From the sequence record DRR378314_109: 64,000 nt of DNA; one strand, 5' to 3'. Position numbers and translations under genes: made by a program. The notes beneath the pieces are model-generated. The model ran no database searches and was not told the origin of the DNA. It saw only the letters and a program-made list of their open reading frames with translations. This document shows positions 48,242 to 58,478 of the stretch, in pieces (position 1 is the stretch's first letter; the number at the start of each line of letters is the position of its first letter).

Positions 48242-48273
48242 AATCGCGGTCTCAGCTGGGGCCGCGATTTTTT
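48242..48273 (+). terminator. Intercistronic hairpin plus T-tract after dctP
   Basis: aatcgcggtctc-agct-ggggccgcgatt-tttt. Confidence 0.55.
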
Positions 48274-48289
48274 GACCAGCGGGGGTGCA

Positions 48290-48817
48290 ATGGCGTCGGT
48301 AGTACAGAAATTTGTCCAGATGATGGAAGCTGTTTCGGAAGTGACGGGCAAAGTTGCCGCGTGGTTGTTTTTCGCCACCGGCATTATTGTGTGTTACGAG
48401 GTTTTCATGCGCTACGCCTTGAACTCACCAACCATCTGGGTGGACGAGATCAGCCGTATTCTGCAAGTCTGGGCGACCTATCTTGCCATCGCTTTTGTGC
48501 TTAAAAGCAAGGCGCATATCGTCATTGACCTTGCTTTTCGCGATCCGAATTCCCTTGGTCGCAAGGTGGTCGACACATTTGCCCTGTCAGTGATCATTTT
48601 CTTTTGCTTGATCGTGGTGAAATACGGGATCGATATCTGGTGGAAATCAACGGTTTCCGGACATACGACCGATAGCTACCTTGCTGTGCCCAAGGTGTTT
48701 ATCCAATCATCGATCTGGTTTGGCTTTGGCCAAATGGCGCTGCAAGCCGTCGCCGAAATTGTCAAAATCTGGACATGGAGTCCAGATGACCTCCCCAAGC
48801 AGACAAGGGTGCACTGA
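48290..48817 (+). CDS. dctQ: TRAP small permease
   Basis: YEVFMRY..PTIWVDEIS, HIVID; 4 TM. Confidence 0.9.
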   Translation: MASVVQKFVQMMEAVSEVTGKVAAWLFFATGIIVCYEVFMRYALNSPTIWVDEISRILQVWATYLAIAFVLKSKAHIVIDLAFRDPNSLGRKVVDTFALSVIIFFCLIVVKYGIDIWWKSTVSGHTTDSYLAVPKVFIQSSIWFGFGQMALQAVAEIVKIWTWSPDDLPKQTRVH

Positions 48818-48818
48818 C

Positions 48819-50090
48819 ATGGAAACCATCCTTATTCTTGGCAGTCTGATTGGGCTGCTGATTTTACGTGTTCCGGTGGCCTTTGCTATGGGAGCTTTGG
48901 GGGCCGTTTTGTTGTGGATCAAGGGCTTCCCCCTGATCGCCGTGCCACAACGGTTGTTCGGCACCATGGACAGTTTTGAGTTGCTGGCCGTGCCGTTGTT
49001 CCTGTTGATGTCAAATGTGCTGCTGAAAGGCGGGGTGGGGCGCGATTTGTTTGCCAGTGTGCAAGCATGGGTTGGCCATTGGCCCGGCGGTCTGGGCGTC
49101 GCCACCATCATGAGCTGCACGTTGTTCTCAGCGATTTCAGGATCATCCGTCGCCACGGCGGCAACCATTGGGACGGTCGCAATCCCCGAGATGAAACAGC
49201 GTGGCTATGACGAACCCTTTATTCTTGGGCAGCTGGCCGCTGGCGGTACCTTGGGCATTCTTATCCCGCCCTCGATCCCCTTGATTATCTACGGTGTCAT
49301 TACCGAAACTTCGATCCCGACATTGTTTCTGGCTGGCATTGGGCCGGGCTTGTTGATGGCCAGTATTTTTGTTGTCTATGCAATGCTTTACAGCCGTTCA
49401 GGTGCTGCACCGGCGATGGCCAAAGCCAGCTGGTCAGAGCGTGCCAGAGCCACGTTTTACGCGCTGCCCACTGTGGTGCTGGCGGTTGCGATTATTGGCT
49501 CGATCTATGCGGGTATCGCGACCCCATCTGAAAGCGCCGGCGTTGGTTTTGTGATTGCGATCATTATGACCTTTGTGATGGGGCGGATAAATTGGGAGAA
49601 ACTCAAACTGGCGGTTGAGGATTCACTCAAGACAACAGCGATGATTTTCATCATCGTTGCCGGGGCCAAAGTGTTTTCCTATGCGATAACCCTGTTTTTG
49701 ATCCCGCAAACCATCAGCAACTATCTTATCCAGAACATTTCCGATCCGACCATGTTCATTCTGGCGGTGGGTTTGGTGCTTTTGGTGATTGGGTTTTTCC
49801 TGGAATCCTTGTCGATGATGCTGATCATGGTCCCGGTACTGTTTCCTGCGCTTCAGGCGATGAACATTGATCCCATCTGGTTTGGCATCTTCTTTGTTGT
49901 GCTGATCGAGGCAGCCTTGATCACGCCACCTGTAGGGTTGAACCTTTTTGTTATACAATCGGTCGGCAAAGCCCGGCTCGAAAGTGTGGTAAAAGGGGCC
50001 TGGCCGTTTGCATTGATGATGCTTGGCATGGCCATGTTGCTATGGGTCTGGCAGGATCTGGCGCTTTTTATACCTTACAAGTTGTTCTAA
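48819..50090 (+). CDS. dctM: TRAP large permease
   Basis: LAVPLF, GSSVAT, GGTLGILIPPS, TPPVGLN. Confidence 0.93.
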   Translation: METILILGSLIGLLILRVPVAFAMGALGAVLLWIKGFPLIAVPQRLFGTMDSFELLAVPLFLLMSNVLLKGGVGRDLFASVQAWVGHWPGGLGVATIMSCTLFSAISGSSVATAATIGTVAIPEMKQRGYDEPFILGQLAAGGTLGILIPPSIPLIIYGVITETSIPTLFLAGIGPGLLMASIFVVYAMLYSRSGAAPAMAKASWSERARATFYALPTVVLAVAIIGSIYAGIATPSESAGVGFVIAIIMTFVMGRINWEKLKLAVEDSLKTTAMIFIIVAGAKVFSYAITLFLIPQTISNYLIQNISDPTMFILAVGLVLLVIGFFLESLSMMLIMVPVLFPALQAMNIDPIWFGIFFVVLIEAALITPPVGLNLFVIQSVGKARLESVVKGAWPFALMMLGMAMLLWVWQDLALFIPYKLF

Positions 50091-50149
50091 TTGGCGAGCA
50101 TCAATCCTATGCCGGTGCACAGGTATAGGCTGTTATGACAGGAAAGCGC

Positions 50150-51019
50150 ATGAACCTCTCACCTCCCGACAAACTGCGGGCATTGCTTGCAAAAGACGAA
50201 ATTATTGTGATGCCATGTTGCTTTGACCCTTTGTCGGCCAAGTTGATCGAGCAGGAGGGATTCCCGCTTTCCTTCATGTCAGGCTTTACCACATCCGCCG
50301 CTCGGTTGGGCATGCCCGACACGGGATTGATGTCTTATGGTGAAATTGTCGATCAGGGTCGCAACATCTGTAATGCTGTTGAGATTCCGGTCATCGGGGA
50401 TGGTGACACCGGATATGGCAATGCCCTGAACATCAAACGCACTGTTCAGGGGTTTGCTCAGGCTGGATTTGCGGCCATCATGATTGAAGATCAGGTTGCC
50501 CCGAAACGATGTGGTCATACAGCCGGCAAAGCGGTGGTCGGTCGCGAAGAGGCATTTGAGCGCATCCGTGCCGCAACAGATGCCCGTGCCGAGGGCAGTG
50601 ACATCCTGATCCTCGCCAGAACCGATGCGCGCCATGATCACGGCCTTGACGAAGCCATTGAACGCGCCCAGCGGTTTCATGAACTGGGGGCTGACATCTT
50701 ATTCATCGAAGCCCCGCGAGATCAGGATGAGATGCAGCGGATTTGCGAGGCATTACCCGGCCCCAAGATGGCAAACCTGATCGAAGGTGGGCTAACACCT
50801 GTTCTGTCCCCGGCAGACCTTCAGGAAATCGGGTTTAGCATTGCGGCCTATCCAATCACCTTGATGGCGGCAGCGATGAAAGCCATGACAGGTGCCTTGC
50901 AGGAACTCAAAACAGGCAAGGTGAACCCGGACCGTTTGATGCCCTTTGATGAGGTCAAGACACGCATCGGATTCGACGCCTATTTCGAAGCTGAAAAGCG
51001 GTATCAGGATCGCAAATGA
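50150..51019 (+). CDS. Isocitrate lyase/PEP mutase superfamily enzyme (PrpB/2,3-dimethylmalate lyase-like)
   Basis: FDPLSAK, MSG, DGDTGYG, IEDQVAPKRCGH, ARTD. Confidence 0.88.
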   Translation: MNLSPPDKLRALLAKDEIIVMPCCFDPLSAKLIEQEGFPLSFMSGFTTSAARLGMPDTGLMSYGEIVDQGRNICNAVEIPVIGDGDTGYGNALNIKRTVQGFAQAGFAAIMIEDQVAPKRCGHTAGKAVVGREEAFERIRAATDARAEGSDILILARTDARHDHGLDEAIERAQRFHELGADILFIEAPRDQDEMQRICEALPGPKMANLIEGGLTPVLSPADLQEIGFSIAAYPITLMAAAMKAMTGALQELKTGKVNPDRLMPFDEVKTRIGFDAYFEAEKRYQDRK

Positions 51020-51141
51020 TCCGCGGCTTTGCCAATACTGCGGATCAGTCTTATCTAGCTAAAACCCGCGCAGGAACTCTTGCGTAATTCAGCTGCCTTG
51101 CAGGTTTCTGACACTCAGATGAAAGACAGTCCTGTCGTTTG

Positions 51142-52026
51142 TTATTGGTTCGTTGGGTTCTTTTGCATCAATCGCACCAGCTCGGGCAGATAGGCCTCTT
51201 CTGCACCGCGTTCCACAATTTGAGATAAGGCACTATGGACGCCATCAGCGATAGTATGCTCTGCGCCTGCATCTGTTGACATCTGACGGTAATAGTCGAA
51301 ATCCTTTAGTGCATTGCTGATGGTGAAGGGCAATGAATCGCTGTCGCCGTTCAGGATGAAGGGTGACAAACGATCCAAGGCAACGCTGCCCCCGCCACCT
51401 TCGGCAAGAACATCCACAAAAGACTGAGGGTCAATTCCGGCATCAGCAGATTGTGCAGCCGCTTCTGCGAGCAGAGACATAAACCCGACAGATACATAAT
51501 TGTGCAGCAGTTTAAGCCTGTGGCCCGCGCTGACAGCGCCGACATGTTTGACACTTTCGGTGAAGGAGGCAAGCAAGGGGCCAAGTTTATCAATGACCGC
51601 AGCATCCCCACCAAGAAGCAGATTCAGTTTACCCTCATGGGCAAATTTGGCCGTGCGTGTCATTGGCGCATCGATAAAATCACTGGCCGCGGCCTGAACA
51701 GCCTCTGCCATCCGTAACGTAGAGGCGGGCAGGGCAGTCGAACAATCAACCACAATGGAGCCCTTGCGAAGCCCCGCAATCACCCCCTCCTCTCCGGTCA
51801 GAATGGCCTCGACCTGAGGGGTTCCTGTAACGCACAGGATGACGACATCCGAGGCGGTGGCCAGCTGTTGTAGATTGTCAAACGCGGTTGCCCCAAGTTC
51901 GACAAGTTCATCTACGGGGCGGTTGCCCGGATGATCGAAGTAGTTCAACGCAAAGCCGCCGCGCCGCATCACATTACGTGCGATACCGTGGCCCATCAGG
52001 CCGACACCAACAATTCCGATGTTCAT
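51142..52026 (-). CDS. Beta-hydroxyacid dehydrogenase (3-hydroxyisobutyrate/tartronate semialdehyde reductase family)
   Basis: GIVGVGLMG, VDCST, DAPMTRT, LKLLHN, KD. Confidence 0.88.
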   Translation of the reverse strand: MNIGIVGVGLMGHGIARNVMRRGGFALNYFDHPGNRPVDELVELGATAFDNLQQLATASDVVILCVTGTPQVEAILTGEEGVIAGLRKGSIVVDCSTALPASTLRMAEAVQAAASDFIDAPMTRTAKFAHEGKLNLLLGGDAAVIDKLGPLLASFTESVKHVGAVSAGHRLKLLHNYVSVGFMSLLAEAAAQSADAGIDPQSFVDVLAEGGGGSVALDRLSPFILNGDSDSLPFTISNALKDFDYYRQMSTDAGAEHTIADGVHSALSQIVERGAEEAYLPELVRLMQKNPTNQ

Positions 52027-52274
52027 CTGGGTAACCCCTTTTACTGTCATGTGTTCTTCAGCAGCCCGATGTGGCGGCATGCGGGGAGAAGAAGCCAATT
52101 TTACGCATAGGCGGCATCAAATCCCAGATATCCATAATCGGAAGTGCGCAAGGCTGCAACTTAACGCTTTGTTTGGAAATTAAAAATTCCGGCGAACTGC
52201 CTGTTCTGTAATGTCTGGCCTTGTACAGGCGATTTTCATTGATAGGACTACCCTAGCGTTAAGTGGAGGCTACA

Positions 52275-53771
52275 ATGACTTTATCCTTTGATTCCAGAAA
52301 AATGGCCGATGCACTTTATACGGGCCAATTCTGTCCCATGTTCATTGATGGTGCATTTGTCCCTGCCCAATCGGGAGAGGTGCTTGATGTTGTTGACCCT
52401 GCTTCGGGGCGCCAACTGGCGACTGTTCCGCGTGGTGGGGCGGCGGATGTTGATGTCGCTGTCGCTGCTGCACGGCGGGCTTTTGAGGGCGAATGGTCAA
52501 AGTTTACGCCTTATGATCGACAGGAAATACTGCTTCGCATTGCCGATTTAATGGAAAAAAACTGGGATATGCTCTGTGTGTCCGACACCGTCGATATGGG
52601 CCTGCCAATCACCCGGACTCTGGGCAACAAGCGCCGCGTGATCGGGATGCTGCGCTTTTACGCCGGGCAAGCCACAGCGTTGCATGGCGATTACATTGAA
52701 AACTCTGTGTCTCAATCAATGATTTCCTACACCACCCGCGAGCCAGTGGGTGTGGTGGGTGCGATCATTCCTTGGAACGCCCCAATCGCGGCGTCGATCT
52801 GGAAAATTGCACCGGCATTGGCGACGGGGTGTACGGTGGTGCTGAAACCTTCGGAAGATGCGCCGCTGACACCGCTTTTGATTGCGAAGCTAATGCAAGA
52901 GGCAGGTGTGCCGGATGGTGTGGTCAATGTGGTCACGGGAACCGGTGCTGAGGCCGGGGCAAGATTGGCGGCACATCCTGATGTGAACAAAGTGGTCTTC
53001 ACCGGATCAACCGCGACCGGACAAACCATCGCGCGTGCAGGGGTGGACAATCTTAAACGGATCACGCTTGAGCTGGGCGGCAAATCCCCCATGATCATTT
53101 GCAAGGATGCAGATATCGCAAAAGCAATTCCGGTCGCTGCCATGGCAGTCTATGCGCATTCGGGCCAGATTTGCATCGCCGGGTCACGGTTGTTCGTTGC
53201 CCGTGAAATTCAGGACGAGTTTATTCAGGGGCTTTCCGAGTTTGCAAAATCGCTCAAGATCGGTCACGGGCTTGATGCTGATACCGACCTTGGCCCGCTG
53301 ATCAACGCACAACAGACCAGCAAGGTCGAAGCCTATATCGCATCTGGCCAAGAGGAAGGTGCGCGTCTGATCACCGGCGGCGGGCGACCGTCAGGTGATC
53401 CTTATGACGGTGGAAACTTTCTGCGCCCGGCGATCTTTGCCGATGTTAGGGACGATATGAAAATCGCCCGCGAAGAGATATTTGGCCCGGTGGTTTCAGT
53501 GCTGCCGTTTGATACGCTGGATGAGGTCACTGCACGCGCCAATGCAACGCAATATGGTCTGGCGGCGGGCATCTTTACCCGTGACCTTGGCACAGCGCAT
53601 AAAATGACCAAGAGGATCAAAGCAGGATCGATCTGGGTTAACATGTACCATGCCATTGACCCAGCGGTGCCATTCGGAGGGCTGAAAATGTCAGGCTATG
53701 GCAAGGAAGGCGGGGTCGAGCATTTGCAAGCCTATCTGGACACCAAGGCGGTTTGGATTCAGACCGAGTGA
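52275..53771 (+). CDS. NAD-dependent aldehyde dehydrogenase
   Basis: IIPWN, FTGST, LELGGKSP, GQIC, EEIFGPV. Confidence 0.95.
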   Translation: MTLSFDSRKMADALYTGQFCPMFIDGAFVPAQSGEVLDVVDPASGRQLATVPRGGAADVDVAVAAARRAFEGEWSKFTPYDRQEILLRIADLMEKNWDMLCVSDTVDMGLPITRTLGNKRRVIGMLRFYAGQATALHGDYIENSVSQSMISYTTREPVGVVGAIIPWNAPIAASIWKIAPALATGCTVVLKPSEDAPLTPLLIAKLMQEAGVPDGVVNVVTGTGAEAGARLAAHPDVNKVVFTGSTATGQTIARAGVDNLKRITLELGGKSPMIICKDADIAKAIPVAAMAVYAHSGQICIAGSRLFVAREIQDEFIQGLSEFAKSLKIGHGLDADTDLGPLINAQQTSKVEAYIASGQEEGARLITGGGRPSGDPYDGGNFLRPAIFADVRDDMKIAREEIFGPVVSVLPFDTLDEVTARANATQYGLAAGIFTRDLGTAHKMTKRIKAGSIWVNMYHAIDPAVPFGGLKMSGYGKEGGVEHLQAYLDTKAVWIQTE

Positions 53772-53795
53772 GGGCGGTGCTTGCCTGATTGGGGC

Positions 53796-53834
53796 GGCAA
53801 TGTGGACAGGTGCGATAACCCTGTCCACATTGCC
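53796..53834. terminator. 15-bp-stem hairpin between convergent ALDH and dctM
   Basis: ggcaatgtggacagg-N9-cctgtccacattgcc. Confidence 0.75.
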
Positions 53835-53839
53835 ATTTA

Positions 53840-55123
53840 TTAGAACCCGCTGATTCTGGGCAGCCAAGTGCTGAGCGATGGCACGAAGGTCAGCAACATC
53901 AGCACCAGAAAATTCACCAGAAAGAAGGGCGGCATTTCACGTATCAATGCTGCGGGTCGTAAATTGACCGCTGAGGACACAACGAAAATCAAACTGCCCA
54001 CAGGCGGGGTGGTCAGCCCCAGTGTCAGGTTCACGATCACAACAATCGCAAAATGATCTGGCGCGATACCCAAGGCATGGCTGATAGGGGCGAGGATCGG
54101 AACCAGTATCATCACGCCGGGCAGCGGGTCCATAAACAGTCCGAACAACAGCATCAGAACATTGACAGCCAACAGAAACATGATCGGCGACAGCTCCCAT
54201 GCGATGATGGTTTGCGCCAGGAACTGTGGCACGCCTTCGATGACCAGAACCCAGGCAAATGCCCGCGCAGCACCAAGGATGAGCAGGACCGCAGCGCTGA
54301 TGAGGGCCGCGCGTAGGATAATGCCCGGCAAATCACGCAGATGCAAAGCCCGGTAGACAAACATCCCGCAGAACAAGGCGTAAAAAACGGCGATGACAGA
54401 GGCCTCTGTCGGGGTGAAAACACCACCGCGAATGCCCCCAACAATCAATACAATAAGCCCAAGCGCAGGCAGGGCCAGAGCGGTGTTACGCAGCATTTCC
54501 GCCCGGTTCGGACGGGGCGCATCACTGCGGTAGTTGCGCTTCCAACTGACATATCCATTAGCCGCAAAGGTGCCGCAGGCCAGCAAAAGACCTGGCACAA
54601 CTCCCGCCATAAACAAGGATCCAACCGAGACTTCCTGATCTTGCAGCGCATAGATGATCATCACGATTGAGGGTGGAATAATCGGCCCGACCACGGCACT
54701 GGAAATGGTCAAGGCACCCGCATAGGAGCGATCGTAACCACCCTTTTCCATCATTCGGATCATCATGGCCCCGGGACCGGCGGCATCGGCCAGGGCGGAA
54801 CCCGAAATTCCCGCAAACATAGTGGACGATATGACATTGGCATAACCCAATCCGCCGCGCAGATGACCGACAAATTGCGAGGCAAAGCGCAGCAACGCAT
54901 GTGTCACCGCCCCGCCAGTCATGATTTCCGCAGCAAGAATGAAAAACGGTACCGCCAGCAACGGAAAGCTGTCCAAGCCCGAAAACATTTCTTTGACGAC
55001 AACAATCTGAGGATAGCTGCTGCCCAGCTCAATGGCGATGAAAACAGAGATCGCCATGGCAAAAGCGACAGGCAGGCCAAGAACCATCAAGACGAACAGG
55101 GAAAGAAATAAAATCTCAGCCAT
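53840..55123 (-). CDS. dctM: TRAP large permease
   Basis: LAVPFFILA, GSALAD, IIPPS, TPTEA, TPPVG; start MAEIL. Confidence 0.93.
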   Translation of the reverse strand: MAEILFLSLFVLMVLGLPVAFAMAISVFIAIELGSSYPQIVVVKEMFSGLDSFPLLAVPFFILAAEIMTGGAVTHALLRFASQFVGHLRGGLGYANVISSTMFAGISGSALADAAGPGAMMIRMMEKGGYDRSYAGALTISSAVVGPIIPPSIVMIIYALQDQEVSVGSLFMAGVVPGLLLACGTFAANGYVSWKRNYRSDAPRPNRAEMLRNTALALPALGLIVLIVGGIRGGVFTPTEASVIAVFYALFCGMFVYRALHLRDLPGIILRAALISAAVLLILGAARAFAWVLVIEGVPQFLAQTIIAWELSPIMFLLAVNVLMLLFGLFMDPLPGVMILVPILAPISHALGIAPDHFAIVVIVNLTLGLTTPPVGSLIFVVSSAVNLRPAALIREMPPFFLVNFLVLMLLTFVPSLSTWLPRISGF

Positions 55124-55634
55124 TACTTGCCCCCGGGAAGGCATCGGCTTCGCCATTTTCTTGTTTGTAGTGGCCCGCCAGAATGAACGGTTTAGCAATC
55201 AACAACAGATGGATAATGAGCAGGCAGAAACCAACAGGCATTGCAGCATAGATGTACCGAAACGACAGGCGCAGCGCCGGGGTTTTCTGAAAACTGGTGC
55301 GTTCCATATATTGGAGCCCGACATATACCATAAAGGCGAAAAACATCAGGAGCACACCGACAATCGCGGCTCGCAGTATCTGCTGGCGCTTCTGGTGCAT
55401 CACATCATGAAGGTTCGTAATTGCGACATGCCCCCCTTGTCGGAGCGCCAACCCGGCCCCCAGAAATGTCATCCAGATCATCAAATATCGGGCGGCTTCA
55501 TCCGCCCAGGGCAGGGAGTGATTGGTCGTGTAGCGCAGTGCCACGTTGGCACCGACGATCAGCGTCATTGAAGAGAGCACCGCAATCACAACCGCCGCAT
55601 TGAGCGACACGAATATTTTTTCAAGCTTTCTCAA
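55116..55634 (-). CDS. dctQ: TRAP small permease
   Basis: NVALRY..WADEAARYLMIW, GHVAI. Confidence 0.9.
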   Translation of the reverse strand: MRKLEKIFVSLNAAVVIAVLSSMTLIVGANVALRYTTNHSLPWADEAARYLMIWMTFLGAGLALRQGGHVAITNLHDVMHQKRQQILRAAIVGVLLMFFAFMVYVGLQYMERTSFQKTPALRLSFRYIYAAMPVGFCLLIIHLLLIAKPFILAGHYKQENGEADAFPGASNG

Positions 55635-55700
55635 GCTGCTCCCCCCAATAGAAAGCGGCCGGAATTCGGAATTCCAGCCGCTTTGGCATCGCTTTTCAGC

Positions 55701-56687
55701 TTACTCTGTCGCTGAAATTTTCTCGATCAGGTCTTTGCCATAGGTTTCGTAGTAACCTTCATATGCGCTTTCAATTGACGCGCGGAAAGCTGCCTTTTGA
55801 TCGGTGGACAGTTCGTTCACTTCCATGCCGCGTTCTTTCAAAGTTTCAGCACCGCTTTTCTCAACATTGTCGACATATTGGCGCATCGCAGCAACGGCTT
55901 CGGTTGCACCGTTTTCGAAGGCGGTCTTGTCTTCATCGGACAGGCCTTCCCAGAAAGGTTTGGACACCAACAGCATGGCGGGTGAATAAACGTGACCGGA
56001 CAAGGTCAGATATTTTTGAACTTCGTCCAGCTTCACAGAAACAATTACGGAAAGGGGATTTTCCTGACCGTCAATTGTCCCTTGCTGCAACGCGCCAATC
56101 ACCTCGGGCCAAGCCATCGGTGTCGGGGCAGCACCCGCGGCATTAAAAGCGGCAAGGTGGACAGGGTTTTCCATGGTCCGCAATTTCAGACCTGCAAGAT
56201 CCTCGGGTGTTTCGACTGCATTGCGGTTGTTTGTGATGTGGCGGAAACCCTGTTCCCCCCAGGCAATCGCAACCAATCCTGCGCTGTCGAATTCAGAAAG
56301 AATGCCCTTGCCGATAGGGCCGTCAAGCACGTTTCGCGCATGATCAAGACTGCGAAACAGGAACGGGATATCCGTAACACCTGTCGCCGGAACAAAGTTG
56401 CTCAGCGTGCCGGTGGACACAATGGTGGCCTCCACAGTACCCAATTGCAGCCCTTCAACAACTTCACGCTCACCGCCCAAACCAGATGAAGGGAAGTGAC
56501 GGAAAGTGAATTTTCCATCTGTCTGTGCTTCAACCACTTCCTGCCATTTTTGGGCAGCCACACCATAGTGCGAGTCTGGTGCGAGAGCATAGCCGATTTT
56601 GACTTCTGTCTCGGCAATCACCGCGCTGCTAACAACGGTGGCAATGGTTGCGATCAACCCGGTCTGGAGCATTTTGTCAAAAATCAT
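55701..56687 (-). CDS. dctP: TRAP substrate-binding protein
   Basis: LGGERE, QGFRH, GLKLRTM, ALQQGTIDGQENP, GHVYSP (carboxylate-binding Arg present). Confidence 0.93.
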   Translation of the reverse strand: MIFDKMLQTGLIATIATVVSSAVIAETEVKIGYALAPDSHYGVAAQKWQEVVEAQTDGKFTFRHFPSSGLGGEREVVEGLQLGTVEATIVSTGTLSNFVPATGVTDIPFLFRSLDHARNVLDGPIGKGILSEFDSAGLVAIAWGEQGFRHITNNRNAVETPEDLAGLKLRTMENPVHLAAFNAAGAAPTPMAWPEVIGALQQGTIDGQENPLSVIVSVKLDEVQKYLTLSGHVYSPAMLLVSKPFWEGLSDEDKTAFENGATEAVAAMRQYVDNVEKSGAETLKERGMEVNELSTDQKAAFRASIESAYEGYYETYGKDLIEKISATE

Positions 56688-57073
56688 TTCACTTCCTTCT
56701 AGAAATTCGCGTTAACTTTCGGAATTGCTATCTCGCGGATTTCAGTTTGGCAATGGGGCTTGCTTGGTTGTTTTCCTTGCCATGAAAACCCGCGCTTCGG
56801 CGGCCTGAAACGCTGGTTGGCACGATCCTTCACACTCTTCACGAAATTTATCCTATCGTTTTGGGTGATCGTTGCGGCGAGGTGTCTCTACAGGAATCTA
56901 GCACACCCTCAGGTTGCTGCGCACATCCTACCTCTACCACCTACACGCTGCTTTTAGTGTTCCACCCCAGCGCAATATTGCCATCCAACCCGAAGCAGGG
57001 CGGTGTCGATGGGGTCCTTTTCGGCGTCCAAACCAATCGACGGTATCACCGCAGGGCCATTTTTTCGCGTCAT

Positions 57074-57105
57074 GCACTTTTGTATTGATTGGATATCAAA
57101 AGTAA
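57074..57105. promoter_or_regulatory. Widely spaced dyad, candidate SorC-family operator
   Basis: acttttg (57076-82)...caaaagt (57097-103) upstream of SAF-oxidoreductase operon. Confidence 0.45.
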
Positions 57106-57144
57106 CATACTCCATTTAGGGAGCACTGACCGGAGGATCATCAC

Positions 57145-58467
57145 ATGCCGACGAACGTGGCCCTGACAGGGCTTGCCAACGACTTGGCCGAACGAGAGGC
57201 CGCAGGACGCCCGGTGCGGATTGGCCTGCTCGGAGCTGGTGAAATGGGCACCGATATCGTCACGCGTGTCGCACATATGCGTGGTATCGAGGTCGGCGCG
57301 ATTTGCGAACTAAACCTCCCAGCTGCGGAAGCTGCCGTCGACATCGCCCACCGTGAAACTGGTCACAGCCGGGTGGTGCGCAGTGCGGATGCGCTTGGGC
57401 GGGCCATGGATGACGGCAAAACCGCAATCACTGACAATGCTTCCTTCTTACTCGAGTCAGGTCAGATTGATGTCATTGTCGATGCGACGGGCATTCCTGC
57501 CGTCGGTGCGGAAGTTGGACTTTCTGCGATGGAGCACGGCAAGCACCTTGTGATGATGAATGTCGAGGCCGATGTCACGATCGGGGCCTATCTGCGCGCG
57601 GAGGCCGCACGGCTTGGCGTGGTCTACTCACTAGGTGCCGGTGACGAACCCTCTTCCTGTATGGAGTTGATCGAGTTTGTCAGCGCTATGGGCCATCGTA
57701 TTGTTTCAGCAGGAAAAGGCAAAAACAACCCTCTGAACATTGACGCAACACCGGAAGAATATGAGGCAGAGGCAGTGCGGCGCCACATGAATCCGCGCAT
57801 GCTTGTTGAATTTGTCGATGGGTCCAAGACCATGGTCGAAATGGCCGCCATTGCAAATGCTACTGGCCTAATTCCAGACAAGCCCGGCATGCACGGCCCT
57901 GCCTGCACACGCGAAGACCTGTCCAAAGTGCTGGTGCCGGAGAAAGATGGCGGCATTCTCAGCTCTGGTGAGGGGCGTGTTGATTTTACCGTGGGCAAGG
58001 GTGTCGCGCCGGGTGTCTTTGTGGTGGCAGAGATGGACCATCCGCGCATTCGCGAGCGGATGGAAGACTTGAAGATGGGTGAAGGTCCGTATTTCACCTT
58101 CTTTCGACCGTTTCACCTGACATCGCTAGAGGTCCCGCTGACCTGTGCGCGTGCGGTTCTGTATGGAAAGGCCGACATGGTCCCGATGCCAAGACCCGTT
58201 GCCGAAGTCTGTGCTGTGGCCAAAAAGGATATGCAGCCTGGCGAAACTCTCGATCAGATTGGCGAGTATAGCTATCGCGCATGGATCATGACCACGGGTG
58301 AAGCAGAGGCAAGCCGTGCGATCCCTTGCGGTATGCTTGAAGGCAGCAAGGTCACCGCGCCAATTCGCAAGGGTGATCTGATCACCTATCATAACGCCGC
58401 TCTCCGGGAGGGGAGCCGGATCGCCGCATTGCGCGCCCGTCAGGACGCCATGCTGGCCAAGATCTGA
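57145..58467 (+). CDS. NAD(P)-dependent oxidoreductase with C-terminal SAF domain (COG4091, homoserine dehydrogenase-like)
   Basis: GAGEMG Rossmann, VDATG, MMNVEAD, GDEP, AGKGKNN, DGSKT; SAF AVAKKDMQPGETLD. Confidence 0.85.
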   Translation: MPTNVALTGLANDLAEREAAGRPVRIGLLGAGEMGTDIVTRVAHMRGIEVGAICELNLPAAEAAVDIAHRETGHSRVVRSADALGRAMDDGKTAITDNASFLLESGQIDVIVDATGIPAVGAEVGLSAMEHGKHLVMMNVEADVTIGAYLRAEAARLGVVYSLGAGDEPSSCMELIEFVSAMGHRIVSAGKGKNNPLNIDATPEEYEAEAVRRHMNPRMLVEFVDGSKTMVEMAAIANATGLIPDKPGMHGPACTREDLSKVLVPEKDGGILSSGEGRVDFTVGKGVAPGVFVVAEMDHPRIRERMEDLKMGEGPYFTFFRPFHLTSLEVPLTCARAVLYGKADMVPMPRPVAEVCAVAKKDMQPGETLDQIGEYSYRAWIMTTGEAEASRAIPCGMLEGSKVTAPIRKGDLITYHNAALREGSRIAALRARQDAMLAKI

Positions 58468-58478
58468 GGTTCTTCGAC

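Noticed and set aside
56688-57144. Sigma-54 promoter (tggcacgatccttca near 56818) or small ORFs in the 457-bp gap
   Set aside because: The -12 element is TTCA not TTGC, it lies far from the start codon, no enhancer-binding protein is nearby, and the ORFs are unsupported
57145-58467. True homoserine dehydrogenase
   Set aside because: SAF rather than ACT C-terminus and no thr/met genes; only fold-level similarity
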